Origin: the human T2T-CHM13v2.0 reference genome, Homo sapiens
Length of the DNA: 64,000 nucleotides
Direction: 5' to 3' (one strand)
Assembly (NCBI RefSeq): GCF_009914755.1
Contig: NC_060946.1
Part shown: positions 14,773 through 27,614 of the stretch, piece by piece
How the letters are laid out: every line of letters begins with the position of its first letter
Position numbering within the stretch: the stretch's first letter is position 1
Program-made: the position numbers and the translations under genes
Notes under the pieces: generated by a model
The model's database searches: none
Told to the model about the DNA's origin: nothing
Seen by the model: the letters and a program-made list of their open reading frames with translations, nothing else

Positions 14773-14990
14773 TAGAGGTTCTCAACCTTGGCATTATTGA
14801 CATCTAGGATCAGATCATTCTATGTTGTGAAGACTGTCCTGTGTATGGTAAGACATTTAGTAGCATCCCTGTCCTCTACCTACTAGAGGCAAATAGCATT
14901 TCTGCCCCGTTTACCATAATCAAAAATGTCTCCAGACATTACCAAATGTCCCCTAAGGGGCAAAATCACCATCTGTTAAGAGCAACCTGT
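14773..14990. mobile_element. MER20 (hAT-Charlie) DNA transposon
   Basis: ggttctcaaccttggcattattgacat...aaaaatgtctccagacattaccaaatgtcccct. Confidence 0.85.
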
Positions 14991-15702
14991 CTGAGATAAT
15001 CCTCACCATAACCCTTTAGTTAACAACTATGATAACTCCCCATTTTACAGGTGGTTAAACTGAGGCTCAGGGAGGTGCTGTGCCCAAGGTCGCAGGGCAG
15101 CTGGAGAAGGGGGAACGTCAGGAAAGGAGAAAGTCAAGAATGGAAAGAGGCGGAAATTAGACTCCCTACCCTTGTAGGAAAAAAACCGGTAGCGGTTCCA
15201 GCAAAATCCAATCCCAACCTTCCTGAGACCCAGAGGCGACTTCACAGCAGAATCTAATTCTGAGTGGAATTGAAGGCCTTGCTGCAGACTGTGTACTTTT
15301 AATCATGTTTAAATAAAACATGGGACCATGGGTGTGATCTCCTCACTGAGCCTGGCTTGTCAGCCGCTTGGGCAAAGTCATAAATAGTTAATAGGCAACC
15401 ACTTATGGCTCTACTTCTGTTAAATCTAGCATCAATTATATATGGTTCATGCATTATTTATTTGGTGTTACTTTGGGGTATATCTTCCACCTTCGGGGGA
15501 AAAGTGTAAAGAATGGGAGGCGTAGAGCAGATTTGAGGATAGCTTGTTTCCCTCTGTACTGGTCAATTTGTGAAGGCCTTGTTCCCCTCCATATTGGTCA
15601 GTTTCCCTCGAAGGAAAAAGCCCATTGATGATTAGGAGATGATTAGGAGATGAATTTGGATCTGAGAGGACTTTACCAGACCACCAGGAAAAAAGATCGG
15701 GG

Positions 15703-16128
15703 CGGTGATGTGCTGGTAAATGTTTAACAACTGCCTTTCCAGGGCAGGTGGATTCCTGGCTTGTAGTGTTTGCCAATTTCTGTGGTGTAAATTCTCCCTC
15801 CAGGGCTGATTTCAACCTAACTACATGATGTCACCAAGGCAGAGTTGGGAAGCAATGCACAGTAGCGCATCATTATATATCATTTGCACCATACAGGTAC
15901 AAAAAGCACAAATACCTTCAAAAGCATAGTTAGAGCAAAACGTTAGCAAAATAATTAGAAAGCAATGTGTTTTGAGTACGTATTACCTTTGTTTTTCATA
16001 TATTTAGTTGTAAGCTTGTATCATTTAATCTTTAATAATAGCTGTGTTTGACAACTGGCTTGCAAAATTCCCTAAAATTTAGCTATCAGCTCTTGCCAGC
16101 CAATATGAGCCACTTCCTGCACTCCTGT
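15703..16128. mobile_element. MER63-family hAT DNA transposon
   Basis: gtgctggtaaatgtttaacaact...tttgccaatttctgtggtgtaaat motifs. Confidence 0.7.
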
Positions 16129-17909
16129 GACCTGGCGTCTCCTTGGGGTGGTGTCCCCATACCCTGTTAGAAGGCGGTTGGCAGAGTAGAAGGAGTGAAA
16201 GGCTCTTAATCAAGTCTCATCGCTCACTGACTGTCTTTTTAAGCAAGATTACTTCACCATTAGAAATCTGTCCTTCTGAGCATGCTCTTTTAACTCATGT
16301 ATAAAATAGATGCAATCACATCTCCTGGAAAAGACTAAAACAAGTAATTCATGCCATGCTTCTAGATCTGCCTGTCACATAACTGTCCCCAAAAGCACAC
16401 CTGCTCCTCTCTCCCTGTTCATTTTCTCCTGCCTTCTGAGAATCTGAACATAGTAGGTAGGGGCCTTAGGAAGCCCAAAGTCAGGTTCTGTTTTTTGTTT
16501 GTTTGTTTTTGTTTTTGTTTTTGTTTTTTCATTTGCTTTAATTTTTTTCCACTCCCAAACCCCATGTTTTCAAAAGTCCCCTTCCATCTACTTACTCCAT
16601 GGCATTCACCAAACCCACAGTGAAGGGGTTCATTTCAAAAAGCCCTTGGTGTTTTCCCCCTGCAAATGGCTATGAACTTGAAAGCGTAAAGATGAATTAT
16701 TCTGGCTGGGAACTGAAGTATTTAAAAAGGCATTCCACATGGAGGGCATTTGGGGCCATGAGCCGGGTGTAAATAACACATTTTATGGCTCTCCTGACAG
16801 GGAGATAGCCCTCCTAATTACTGCCCCGTTATCTCAGTGGGATCCAAAATGACCCAACACGCTTATAAACTCTGTGTTCACAGATTTCCTTTTAATCCCT
16901 ACTCCTAATGGCCTCCCGCATGCTCAGAGAGCTGACAGGGGAACCCGCGGGTATTTCTGTCACTCCCCTCCTTCTAGGCACTGTGGTTTCCTGTTTGTCT
17001 CCCTACAAAGGTTTCTGTACAAAAGAAACTTAGTCCTAATAGGCATTTAGGTGCTGCTAGCCTCAGACATGTTTCTGAAAGTGAATTCTCCCAAGCTGTC
17101 TTTATCTCACATGGTGAATGTGCTTGTCTCAATTCAAGAGGTGTTACCATCTAACGAAAGAGTTTCTTTGCGTCTGGCTCTGAGATGAGTTATCCTGATA
17201 ATAAAATCTATTACCAAAAGCCTACCTAGGAATAATTGGGTCTATTACTCCCCGACTTGTGGCTTTGTTTCTGCATTGAAAACAGACTCTCCAGCAATTA
17301 ATCAGAATTTAAAGTTGCTAATACCAATTACAAATAATGCGCTGAGGCTCAAGATGGCAAACAGAGGAGCAGATACTAATCTTGTCCCTTGAGATTTCAT
17401 CAATTGAACTTTCGTCACTTCAGACTTGCTGGAAATTAGAGTAACTTAACTCTGCAAAGTTAATTACTTAAAAAAGAAAGGGGAGAGATATTGATTGAAT
17501 ATGGCAGGAGTATATTAAATTATTCAAATAAATCCAATTTATATTGTTTAGATGAGATTATGCTTCACTTAATTGTATGCCAGGGAGGCTTAGGAAGGTT
17601 AGTCTTCATGGTAGAAAGCTTGATCATTGTTACGATTTGACATCTTTAAAAGATAGTGGTCCCAAGGAAATCCAGGGGGCCCCAAATCAGACACTTCATG
17701 TTTTTGATTCATTTCCAAAGTATAATTCGGTTTGAAGGGTAATTCTCTTTTTACTGTTCTTTTTTGACAGAGCTTAAACAATAAGAAAGGGAGAGGGGAT
17801 CTCAGAATATGAGGATCGACCAAGCAGTTGGGAAGCGAAATGGTTTTTTTGGGAGAATTGGCTGGTTTGGAATTCAAAGTGTATTTAGTGGGGAAAGATG
17901 AATATAACT

Positions 17910-18680
17910 TGTCTAGGTTATGGCTCTTTTAGTTGCAAGTGACGGAAACAAAATTAAATTGGCTTAAGCAAAAGGAAATTTATTGGCTCATGTAATGAAA
18001 AAGTTTCATGACCTCTGGCTTCAGACTCAGTGAAATTCAGGGACTCAAATGATGCCAACAGGCTGAATTCGGTGTGCTGGGGTCAACCCGTATCTGTTTG
18101 CCAGAGCTGACTGTGTCCATCTCTTCCCAATTCCATGCTCCATGACATCACATTGGTAGCTTGACATTGGCCATTGTGGGATTATTTACACTATGGAAAC
18201 TGGCAAATGTTAAAGGATTTCCACTCATCCCCACAGTCAGTTTTGAACATTTACCAGCACACCACCGACTGAATCCCTCCCTTCCCATTGCCTTGGAGTT
18301 GATTGCCATTCTCAGACAGGCTTTCCCTTCCTAGTGGCAACAGAGTTAGGCTGACAAACAGCAAGGCTATCAACCTCAACAGAAAGAGGGCCCCTTCCAC
18401 CCAGCGGCTCAAACAAAGGCCAAGAAGTAGAATCTCATTGACCCTGATTGGCCTGGTTTGGGTTATATGCCCACACCTAAACCAAGCACTGGTATTTGAA
18501 GGGTAGAGGCTGGATTGAACAGTTCTGGGGTACATGCCCAGCCCTGAATCCAGGAGTAGAGTCAGCTCCACCCTAGCCATATGGATGGAGAGTAGAAGAA
18601 TAGATTCCCCCAAGGAAAATTGAAATGTTAGTGCCAGAAGGAGGAGAAATGGTTTCCAAAAAGGCAAAGCCTTTGGATGC
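17910..18680. mobile_element. Old MLT1 LTR with a MER63-like insertion (~18070-18268)
   Basis: ctctttagttgcaagtgacggaaac...ggcttaagcaaaaggaaatttattggctcatgtaa; the insert has inverted termini gtgtgctgg...ccagcacac. Confidence 0.65.
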
Positions 18681-19674
18681 CCACTGTGGAAGCCACATCT
18701 GTGGGCCTTGACTCTTGCAGAGATCTCTCTGCCTTGCCACAGGCCCCTTCTAGGTTTTATCTTCTCTGCTTGTGTTCCTGCCTCCTGCTTGACTTTTTCC
18801 TCCTCCTTTTTGTATATTTTCTGTTACTCCTGGGGCTGGGACATCCCATAAGTAGGGTGGATCAAAGAAAGGAAATGGAGGCCGGAAGTGGACAGCCTAA
18901 ATTCCCTTTCTATCTTCTCAAAGGGAGTGGCTCACACAGTAGGAGGAGCTTGCCTTGAAGCCAGGAAGTCTGGGTCCAAGCCACACTTCTGCCTCTGACT
19001 GACTCTGTGGACTTGGGCACATCTTTTCCCTTGCTGGACTCACTTTCTCTCTCTGTAAAACGGACCAGACGACTTTTAAAGCTCTTTCTGCTGAGACCCC
19101 TGGGCAAGCCCAGAGCTGGTTGGTCATAGAGCTGCAAGCTTTGAGTGTGTCTCAAATGGCTGATAGTCATGGTGGCAGCTTCCTCTGAAACAAGCACATT
19201 CCTACACCCCAAGAGCAATGCACAGAGTCACACAATCTCAAACCTGAAGGTGCCCAGGCCTCTTCATTCCAACTGGTATCTTCTCCAACCTCAGACTGGT
19301 AAAAATTCCATCTCTGTTATGCAACTGTGGGGTTGGGGAAATTACTACCTCTGTGGGCAACAACATTCCCATAGACCTCCCCTTCTCCATCCCATTCTAG
19401 ATTGATTCTATAGCTACCCCACAACTGGATTCCAGATGTGTCACCTTATCTGTTGGAGAGAGGGTTTCAAAGGACAGAGAGATATCCCTTGCTTATCTCA
19501 CCTGGGAGTTAGCAAGGAGGTATCCAGAGATTACCACGTTTTTTTCTTCTTTTAAGTAGCCAAATCTTATTTTAAATCCATAGCTGATACAGATTTGTGG
19601 TAAGTAAAAGCAGAGCTCCCCATTAGGGCTCATCTACTTTTCCACCCTGGCCCCTGAGGCAGCACCATAAAATA

Positions 19675-19885
19675 CAGCTTGATAACCTATGGTCAGATCT
19701 GGCTGCTGTCCTGATTTTTATAAATAAAGTTTTATTAAGACATAGTCACAAACATTTACCTATTTTCTATGGCTGCTTTGGGGCTACAACAGCAGAGAGG
19801 AGTATTTGTGATAAGACCATTTGGCCTACAAAGTCCAAGATATATACTACCTGGTCCTTTACAGAAAAAAAAATCACTTACCTTT
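19675..19885. mobile_element. MER58-type hAT MITE
   Basis: aaataaagttttatt...ggcctacaaagtccaagatatatactacctggtcctttacagaaa; related copies at ~21283-21513, ~24762-24980 and ~52400-52570. Confidence 0.75.
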
Positions 19886-20171
19886 GCCCTAGAACATTGC
19901 TTAGCACAGAGTAGGCATAAAAAAATACATGCTGAGAGAAGAAAGAGCTTGACAGGACAAAGAACTGGGAATAAGGAGACTTAGATGCAAATCTCAGTTC
20001 CATCATGTCCTTACTGTGTGACTTTAGTCAAGGCACTCACTTTCTCTGTTTCCCTGTTAACTCATAAAATGGAGACAATTATTGCAACTGCTTCACAGCA
20101 TTGTGGGGATTACTTAATAAAATAATGTGTTTAAATACTTATTACAGTGCCTGGCACAAAGTAAGCCCGCC

Positions 20172-20502
20172 TATCATCATCATCATAATAACCATCATCA
20201 TCATCATTATCATCATCATTGCCATATCATCTTCTTCATCACCACCACCATCACCACCAACACATCATCTTTTCCACCATTCCCACCATCAGCATCACCT
20301 CCATTGTTACCACAACCATTACCATCATTATCTTCATCACTGTCATCATCACCACCATTTGCATCATCATCACCATCACCATCAATCATCATCTTGATCA
20401 CCACCATCATTATCATCACCATCATTACCACCACCACCATCATGAAAATTATTATTATCACTCTCATCACTGTGACCACCGCCATCATCATCACATCATT
20501 AT
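20172..20502 (+). repeat. Degenerate (CAT/CAC)n trinucleotide repeat
   Basis: About 330 bp of CAT/CAC/TAT triplets. Confidence 0.95.
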
Positions 20503-22223
20503 CAGAGTGAGACTAGAATCAAAGAGCACTGCAGAGCCCCTTCAAGAGTAGGCAAGCCCTGTGATTCAGAGCAGGCATATAAGTCTAGGCCAGTGGTTGA
20601 ATTATTTCCTATTTGAAAATTCTGTGAATGACGTCCCCAAATGCAGTATACCCCACCTTGTGACCTGTGAGTTCATAGATGCCTCCTTCTTTGTGCTCAG
20701 TGTCCTGAGTGTCAGCTTCATTGGAATTCTGCCTTCTCCAGCCTTGTCTTGGCTGCATTCCAGGTAAATGACTCGGAGCCCATCTTGCTGCATGTCACCT
20801 CTGCCGCCCGCCCGCTTGGATAATTAGAATCAACACATTCATTTCCCTAACAGCATTCTCATCTCCCCCTCTCAAAGTTTTCAAATGGAAAAAGAAAGGC
20901 AAAAACAAGCTACATCTGTCCTTGTTCAGGCAATTTGCAGCTGTCTGCAGCTGACATCCACCCAGCTGGGCGGCAGAACTAGCTTTCCTGTTTGCTTTTG
21001 GTGGAAGATGATGTGGTTGATGCTGTTATTAAAGTTTGGCAGTGGTTTGGAGACAAAGCGTCCTGCTGGAGAGAGACTTATAAACAAACACTCAGGGGGA
21101 ATCCTTCAGGCTCCTGCCTTTGTGAGCTAATTGCTTGGTGGGTGGGGAGAAGAAAAAAGACTGATGTCACTTTTCAGCAAACAAAAGGAAAGGAACTCAA
21201 GAAATAAGATGATTTTCGGTTTTTGCTTCTTTCTGAGAGCCTGCTGAGTTTGCACACAGGTAGCAACTGGATGCTCTGATCCAGGGACTGGCAAGTATTT
21301 TCTGTAGAGGGACAGGTAGTAAATATTTTAGACTTTGTAGTCCATACTGTCTCTGTCACAACTACTCAACTCTGCTGTCGCAGCACAAAAGCAGCCCTAG
21401 ACATTATGCAAATGAATGAATAGATGAGCGTGGTTATGTTCCAATAAAACTTTATTTAGAAAAACAGATGGTGGACTGGATTTGGCCCACGGGCTGTAGT
21501 TGGCCAACTCTTGCTCTATGCTCTGTTGGAAGAAGAAGTGGAGTTGGAGGCAGACAGCAGAGCTGGGTTTAAATCTTGTCTCGATCTCTTTCAGGCACCT
21601 GTCCTCTTTGAGTCTTTGTTTCTTCATCTGTAGAATGGGTTATCAGGTAGTTGGGAGATTAGAATGTTTTGCACATGTTAAGTGGTCAATAAATTGTAAT
21701 TCTTTGTAGTACTCACCCGCTGACCCCAGCCAAAAAACATGAGAGAGTGAAACCAAATAAAGAAGGCTGTCTGCTTTCCTGTTGGCCCTAGCTATGGTTA
21801 CAGTTCAGTGATGCAGATCTTTTTGTAGCTCATTTGAGAGTCTGGCAGCTCTGAGTTTCCCAGGATGATCCTTCTGTTGTCTGTTCCTACCAGTGCCTTC
21901 CCACACCAAGATGCCTTCCTGTGTTCAGACTATTTCGTTTCCATCACAAAGGCGCGGCCTCAGTTAGGAAATCCCAAGTATGCAAATTAAGATTCTGTTT
22001 ATGCACTTTTGTTGTTTAGAGAGAGTAGTTTTTGTTGTAGTTGGGTCGACATTAAAGACTTGTTGTCTGTAAGCCAAAGACATGGCTGCATGTCAAATCT
22101 AACAATCATGTTTGCATTTTAACTGGTATGATTTTCAAACAGGGTCCTAGGGACAATTCAGACTTATGTGTGCTGATACTCATAGTTAAGATTCACTTAA
22201 CCTGAAAGGGCAAAAAAAAAAAA

Positions 22224-22388
22224 TTTTTTTAGTAGAGACGGGGTTTTGCCATGTTGGCCAGGCTGGTCTCGAACTCATGACCTCAGGTGATCCACCTGCC
22301 TCTATCTCCCAAAGTGCTGGGATCACTGGGATTCATGCCACTGCATTCCAGCCTGGGTGACAGAGTGAGACTGTCTCAAAAAAAAAAA
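22224..22388. mobile_element. Chimeric inverted Alu (antisense left arm joined to sense 3' end)
   Basis: 22224-22325 is an antisense left monomer; 22333-22388 is the sense Alu 3' terminus with an A tail. Confidence 0.88.
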
Positions 22389-22734
22389 TACATACATATA
22401 TATATAAATAAAATATATGTATTTTATATTTATATATGACTCACAGGTCATTACATATATATTTTTCCATGAATATATGCATATATATATACATAGGAAA
22501 AGTGTGACCAGAACCCCGATTTGTGATTCTGTGGTTAGTTGCTTGCTTGGTTTGCATCTGTTAAGGATGTCAGCTGGAGGTATATTTTAAGTTGCATTAT
22601 GTATAGCTTGTATTTACTTGTTATTATTACTTATATAACAGCCTATCATTTGTGCCAGGCCTGAGCATGTTTTATACCTCATGTCATTTAATTCTCTTCA
22701 ATTTCGTGTGACTTATGGCTTTACTTTTCAAAAT

Positions 22735-22866
22735 ATATTCGCAGATCAGCAGCCTTGGCTATAGAAATGTAGAGTCTCAGGCTCAGCCCCACACCTTTGA
22801 GTCAGAATTGGCTTTTTAACAAGGTCCCAGGTGACTCCTAGGCACAGCAGCATGGCAGGAGCCCTG
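22735..22866. mobile_element. MER5A-like hAT element (second copy ~25950-26105)
   Basis: tagaaatgtagagtctcaggctcagccccacacc...tttaacaaggtcccaggtgac. Confidence 0.65.
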
Positions 22867-22925
22867 ATGTCGGTATTTCATCAGCACTGAATTGCAGGTG
22901 AGGAGACTAAGGCTGAGAGAGGTTA

Positions 22926-23241
<316 letters not shown>

Positions 23242-24593
23242 GAGATAGGATCTCCTCCCATGCAGATCTCACCCACACAATCCACTACACAATTTAGCTA
23301 TGGTTCCTGCCTCTGTATTACTGATTTGTTTTTTTGCTTCTAGATCTTGTTTCTGAAGGACACTATCTACTTCCTATTGTTAAGCATCACTTTCTTCTTG
23401 GTGCTTCCAGTGTGGGGTCCAGAAGCTAACCACACACTTAGTAGGTGTTCCAATATTTACTAATTGCCGAGTGAACCCATGAAACATTCACACATGCAAA
23501 AGTGAGAGCTTACTCTTAAAAATGGGGTGGTGGTGGTGGCTGTGAATATCAATCAAAAGGGTTTCCTGAGCACATCTGCCCTTCAGGGCTTTGCATTTTT
23601 AGAACATAGAACAATAGCACCTCTTAGAACCTTCAGACCATAGAAATATAGAACACAGAACGTAGGACAGAACCCAGTGGCTCTTGGCCTGGAGTTCCTC
23701 CAGTTTTCTCCCATGGGGTGATTTCAGCAGACAGAACAAGTGAAGTGCCATAATTTCTCTGATATTTAGATTATTTTCTATCTCTCTATAACATATATGA
23801 ATACCCTAGGATGGTGTTGTCAAACATGGTAGCCACCAGCCTCACAGGGATATTTACATTTAATTGAAGTGGAATAAAATTTAAAATTCAGATCCTCGGT
23901 CACACCAGCCACACATCAGGTGATCAATAGCTATGTGTGGCTAGTGGCTACCATATTGGACAGCAGGCATGATCTCAAACAAGCATAATCCTTTTGTGCA
24001 TAATCCAAATGCTTTGTGTTCCCATCTTATTTGTAATTGCCTCCCAGACTTCTCCCTAGGGTGGAGGGGGCTGGACCACATGCCACTTCCTTTCCAATCC
24101 CTTTTGAACTCACACATGACTTTTCTCATCATCACATCATTGTCACAAGGAGGGGGACCTGTTTCTGGGGCAACAAATAGTAATACATACTCATCTGAGC
24201 CTCATTTGGTCCCACAGCTGTTTTGGGTCAAATCTCAATTGTGTCTTAGGTCATCCTAGTCTTAGGACGGTGAGGAGGCAAACGTTATCATCTCACATCT
24301 GTATTTCATCCATTTTTTCCACAAGGTACCATCAACTTGCATTTTTTGAAAAATTAATTTACTCACTAAACTCTTTTATGTCTGCTAATTAATGTTCATA
24401 CCTTTTCTTCCTCTAATACAACAGCATCTCTTAATTATCAATATGGCTACTCAACAATTAGACCCGCCAAATCTCAGCGTTTGGAATGATAGCATCCTAG
24501 AACTTTGATATATAAGACCTTAGAGCCTTCAAGCCAGAAAATCTCAGGATTAATAGAATCTTGAATCATTTGACACGCATAATATTAAAATCT

Positions 24594-24677
24594 TATTAAA
24601 TTGAACCATATGAATTTGCCACTTGTATAGGTCAAAATTGGTTCAATATAGCTGATTGTAATTGGCTCAACCTAATA
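24594..24677. mobile_element. MADE2 mariner-derived MITE
   Basis: About 80 bp with imperfect TIRs tattaaattgaacc...ggctcaacctaata. Confidence 0.75.
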
Positions 24678-26284
24678 GAAATATGGAATATTGAAATCTA
24701 TACATTCTTAGAATTGTTAGCTCCTAATGCTACACAATTTTAGAACTTTAGGATTTTAGAACAGGGGCCAGTCAACTTTTTCTGCAAAGGACCAGGTAGT
24801 AAATATTTTCAGTTTTGCAAACCATAGAGTCTCTGTCTCAACCTCCGAAGTCTGTCATTATAGCATGAAAGAAGCCGCAGATAATGCATAAATGCCTAGT
24901 TGTGCTCCAATAAAACTTGATTTACGAAAACAGGCAGGAGGCCAGATTTGACCTGAGGGTTGTAAATTGCCACCCCTGTTTTGGAACATAAAACTGAAAG
25001 GGTCCCACCAAGCACTTGGATTTGCACAGGAAACTCATAGACCTCTCCTATGGTTCCAAAGGGTCCCATTCAAATATGGAGCCATTTTAAGCACAGTTTT
25101 GATTGGTTCAGTCCACTGTCTGTCCCAGGGCAGTGTCTGGCCTCCAGAGAGGGAATGCGGGGGAAGAAGGAGACTTTGGAGGCTGTGACCAAAGCGATCC
25201 CTGACACTGGGAGAGTGTCAAAGAGCCATGTCCCAGAGTTGGAGAAAAATGGGGGAGACTGTTGGAATCAATGCCTGGCTTCCAAAGTTCTGGAAGACCT
25301 TGTGAGTCAAGCCCCTCGATCAGAAGCAAAAGATGATCCTGAGTGCCTGGGAAGGCAGAACTGATGGACCTGGCAAGAGTCAATGGGCCCCAGCTGCGAA
25401 GTGAATTTGATGAGGCTGTTCATCCAAGAGGCGTGCACAACCTGGCCATAACCTTGAGATGTGGAGGTAAAAGAGAGCACACCGCTTAGCAGTTGTTTTT
25501 CTTTCCTGCTGAGTCAATAAATGAATAAATGGACCATGAGTGGCCAAGTGGCTGATATAATTTCAGACTCCGTCAAAAGGAAGATCGCAAAAGTGTACGG
25601 AGGTAGCTTCAACGTCTTTATGTTCCGCCGCTGTGAGCCCCGGCATCCTAATATCATATAGTCTGAGAGGCATCTGAAAGCGAGGCAGAGGGCAGCCTGG
25701 GGATTAACATTTACTGTATGTCTACTATGTGACAGGCACTGTGCAAAGTGCTTTCGATATACCATCTAATTAAATCTGCACTTTCAACCTTATGAGCAAG
25801 GAAATATTTTTATCTCTATTTTACACATTTAACAAAAGAGGCTTACAAGAGTTGAAGTGATTTGCCCAAGGCCAGATAGCTAGGAAAGATTGACACCAAC
25901 ATATGTGATCACTCCAAAACATATGCTCTTAACCACAATGTCTGCATTTCTCCAATATCACCTGTACACAGATCACCCGGGGATATTGTTAAGGTGCAGA
26001 TTCTGACTCAGCAGATCGGGGGCAGGGCCTGAGATTCTGCATTTCCAACCAGCAACCAGGTGATACTGATGCTTCTGGCCCAGAGACCCCACTTGGAGCA
26101 GCTGGTACTATATCATAGTTTCTCTTTATGCCAGGGCCCCCAAAGTTATGAAAGGGTGAGGTTTACACTTTTAAGATGAGGTCACACAGCAAACAGTGGT
26201 TTGTCCTAGATTCAAATTCACATCTGTCTGACTCCAGAGTCCATTTCTTTCAAAAATAAAGTCTACTGCTTACCCTTATGCCTG

Positions 26285-26512
26285 TAGCTTGACCCTCAGC
26301 TGGGGGTGATTTTGTCCCCCCAGGGAACATTAGGAAATATCTGGAGACATTTTTGGCTGGCACAACTTGGGTGGGAGGTGCTGCTGATATCTGGTGGGTA
26401 GAGGCCAGAGATGATGCTAAGCATTCTGAAATGTACAGCATAGCCCTGTGTAAGCACTCACAAAGAATTATCTGCTCCCAGATATCCCTAATGCTGAGGT
26501 CAAGAAACCCTG
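26285..26512. mobile_element. MER20
   Basis: gggggtgattttgtccccccagggaacatt...tctggagacatttttgg. Confidence 0.8.
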
Positions 26513-27549
26513 CTTTCTCAAGACACTGCTCAGTGTCTTTTGGTCAGAAATAAAAATCCACCCAGAACCTCTCTCTTGAGGCCACTTAGTGCACTTAATT
26601 TAGAGTTAGTGGACATTTCAACCAATTCCACTAAAAAATGGCCATGAATAAATAAGAGCTGTAGCTACCAAAAAAGTCCATTATGCAATCAATAGGTGGA
26701 ACTTTCCACTACTTTGAGATGAGGGCTTGCTGTTTACAACTCTGTTAATATCCTTGTGCCACAGCAGATGGAAACCAATCAGGTCCAGAAATCATTGTCT
26801 TAATTTTAGTCATTAACATGCCTGGCCACATGCTGTTTATTGGCATCTTTTGCTGTTTATGTTGCATGCTCCGTTTTCTCTGATGGTAGCTTTTGCCTTC
26901 ACCCTATTTCTGAGGGAGATAGCATTGACTCTGATCCAAGCCTGGGGAAGGCTAGGATCTGGCATTGATCACCAGCACCAATATCTCCATTCCATATCCT
27001 CCTTGATCAATTCTTGGAAGAACATATCTAATAATACAAGACTATTGATGAGGCTTGATTTGCCCGAGAGGGATTGTTTCCCCCTTCTTACTCAAGCTCA
27101 TTTAAGATGTTTCTTTGGCTTGTGGAAAATGCTGATTGAGGTTTCATTTGTTACGAGGTGACGGGATATGCCTGAAAAGAGAAGTGTGTCTCTGAAGAAT
27201 GAAGAAACAGTATGATAGATAATTATCTCCTATGCATTCAGCTCTTTACAGTTTACAAAGCACCTGAATGTAACTTGGGCTGCACGATGCTCTGTATTGA
27301 ACATAGGGAAGGAATTGACATCTATTGTAGAGTTGAGGGGCCGACTGTAGGATGTACTCATTGGTGCCTGGGGAATCCAAACAGATGTGGGATCCATTTC
27401 TATGTCTTGCAATGGATGTGGTTCTCCTTCTCATATCCGTGCTGTTTCTCCCCGGCTATGCTTATCTGCATAGCTGTTGGGTTACAGTCATTTTAATCAT
27501 CAGTGGCCTGGATGGCTTTATTCAAGGGGTGATCCGATTTTCCAACTCC

Positions 27550-27614
27550 TGTATTTGTATTTGTATTTGTATTTGTATTTGTATTTGTATTTGTATTTGT
27601 ATTTGTATTTGTAT
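27550..27614 (+). repeat. (TGTATT)n hexanucleotide microsatellite, ~10-11 copies
   Basis: Direct reading. Confidence 0.97.

Noticed and set aside
20101-20551. Poly-His/Ile/Thr/Asp ORFs on both strands
   Set aside because: Translations of the CAT/CAC simple repeat; no splice or codon evidence.
23598-24765. Scattered degenerate (TAGAA/ATAGAAT) repeats at ~23600-23672 and ~24480-24762
   Set aside because: Irregular spacing, no unique spacers; resembles decayed CR1/L3-type tail microsatellite, not an array system.
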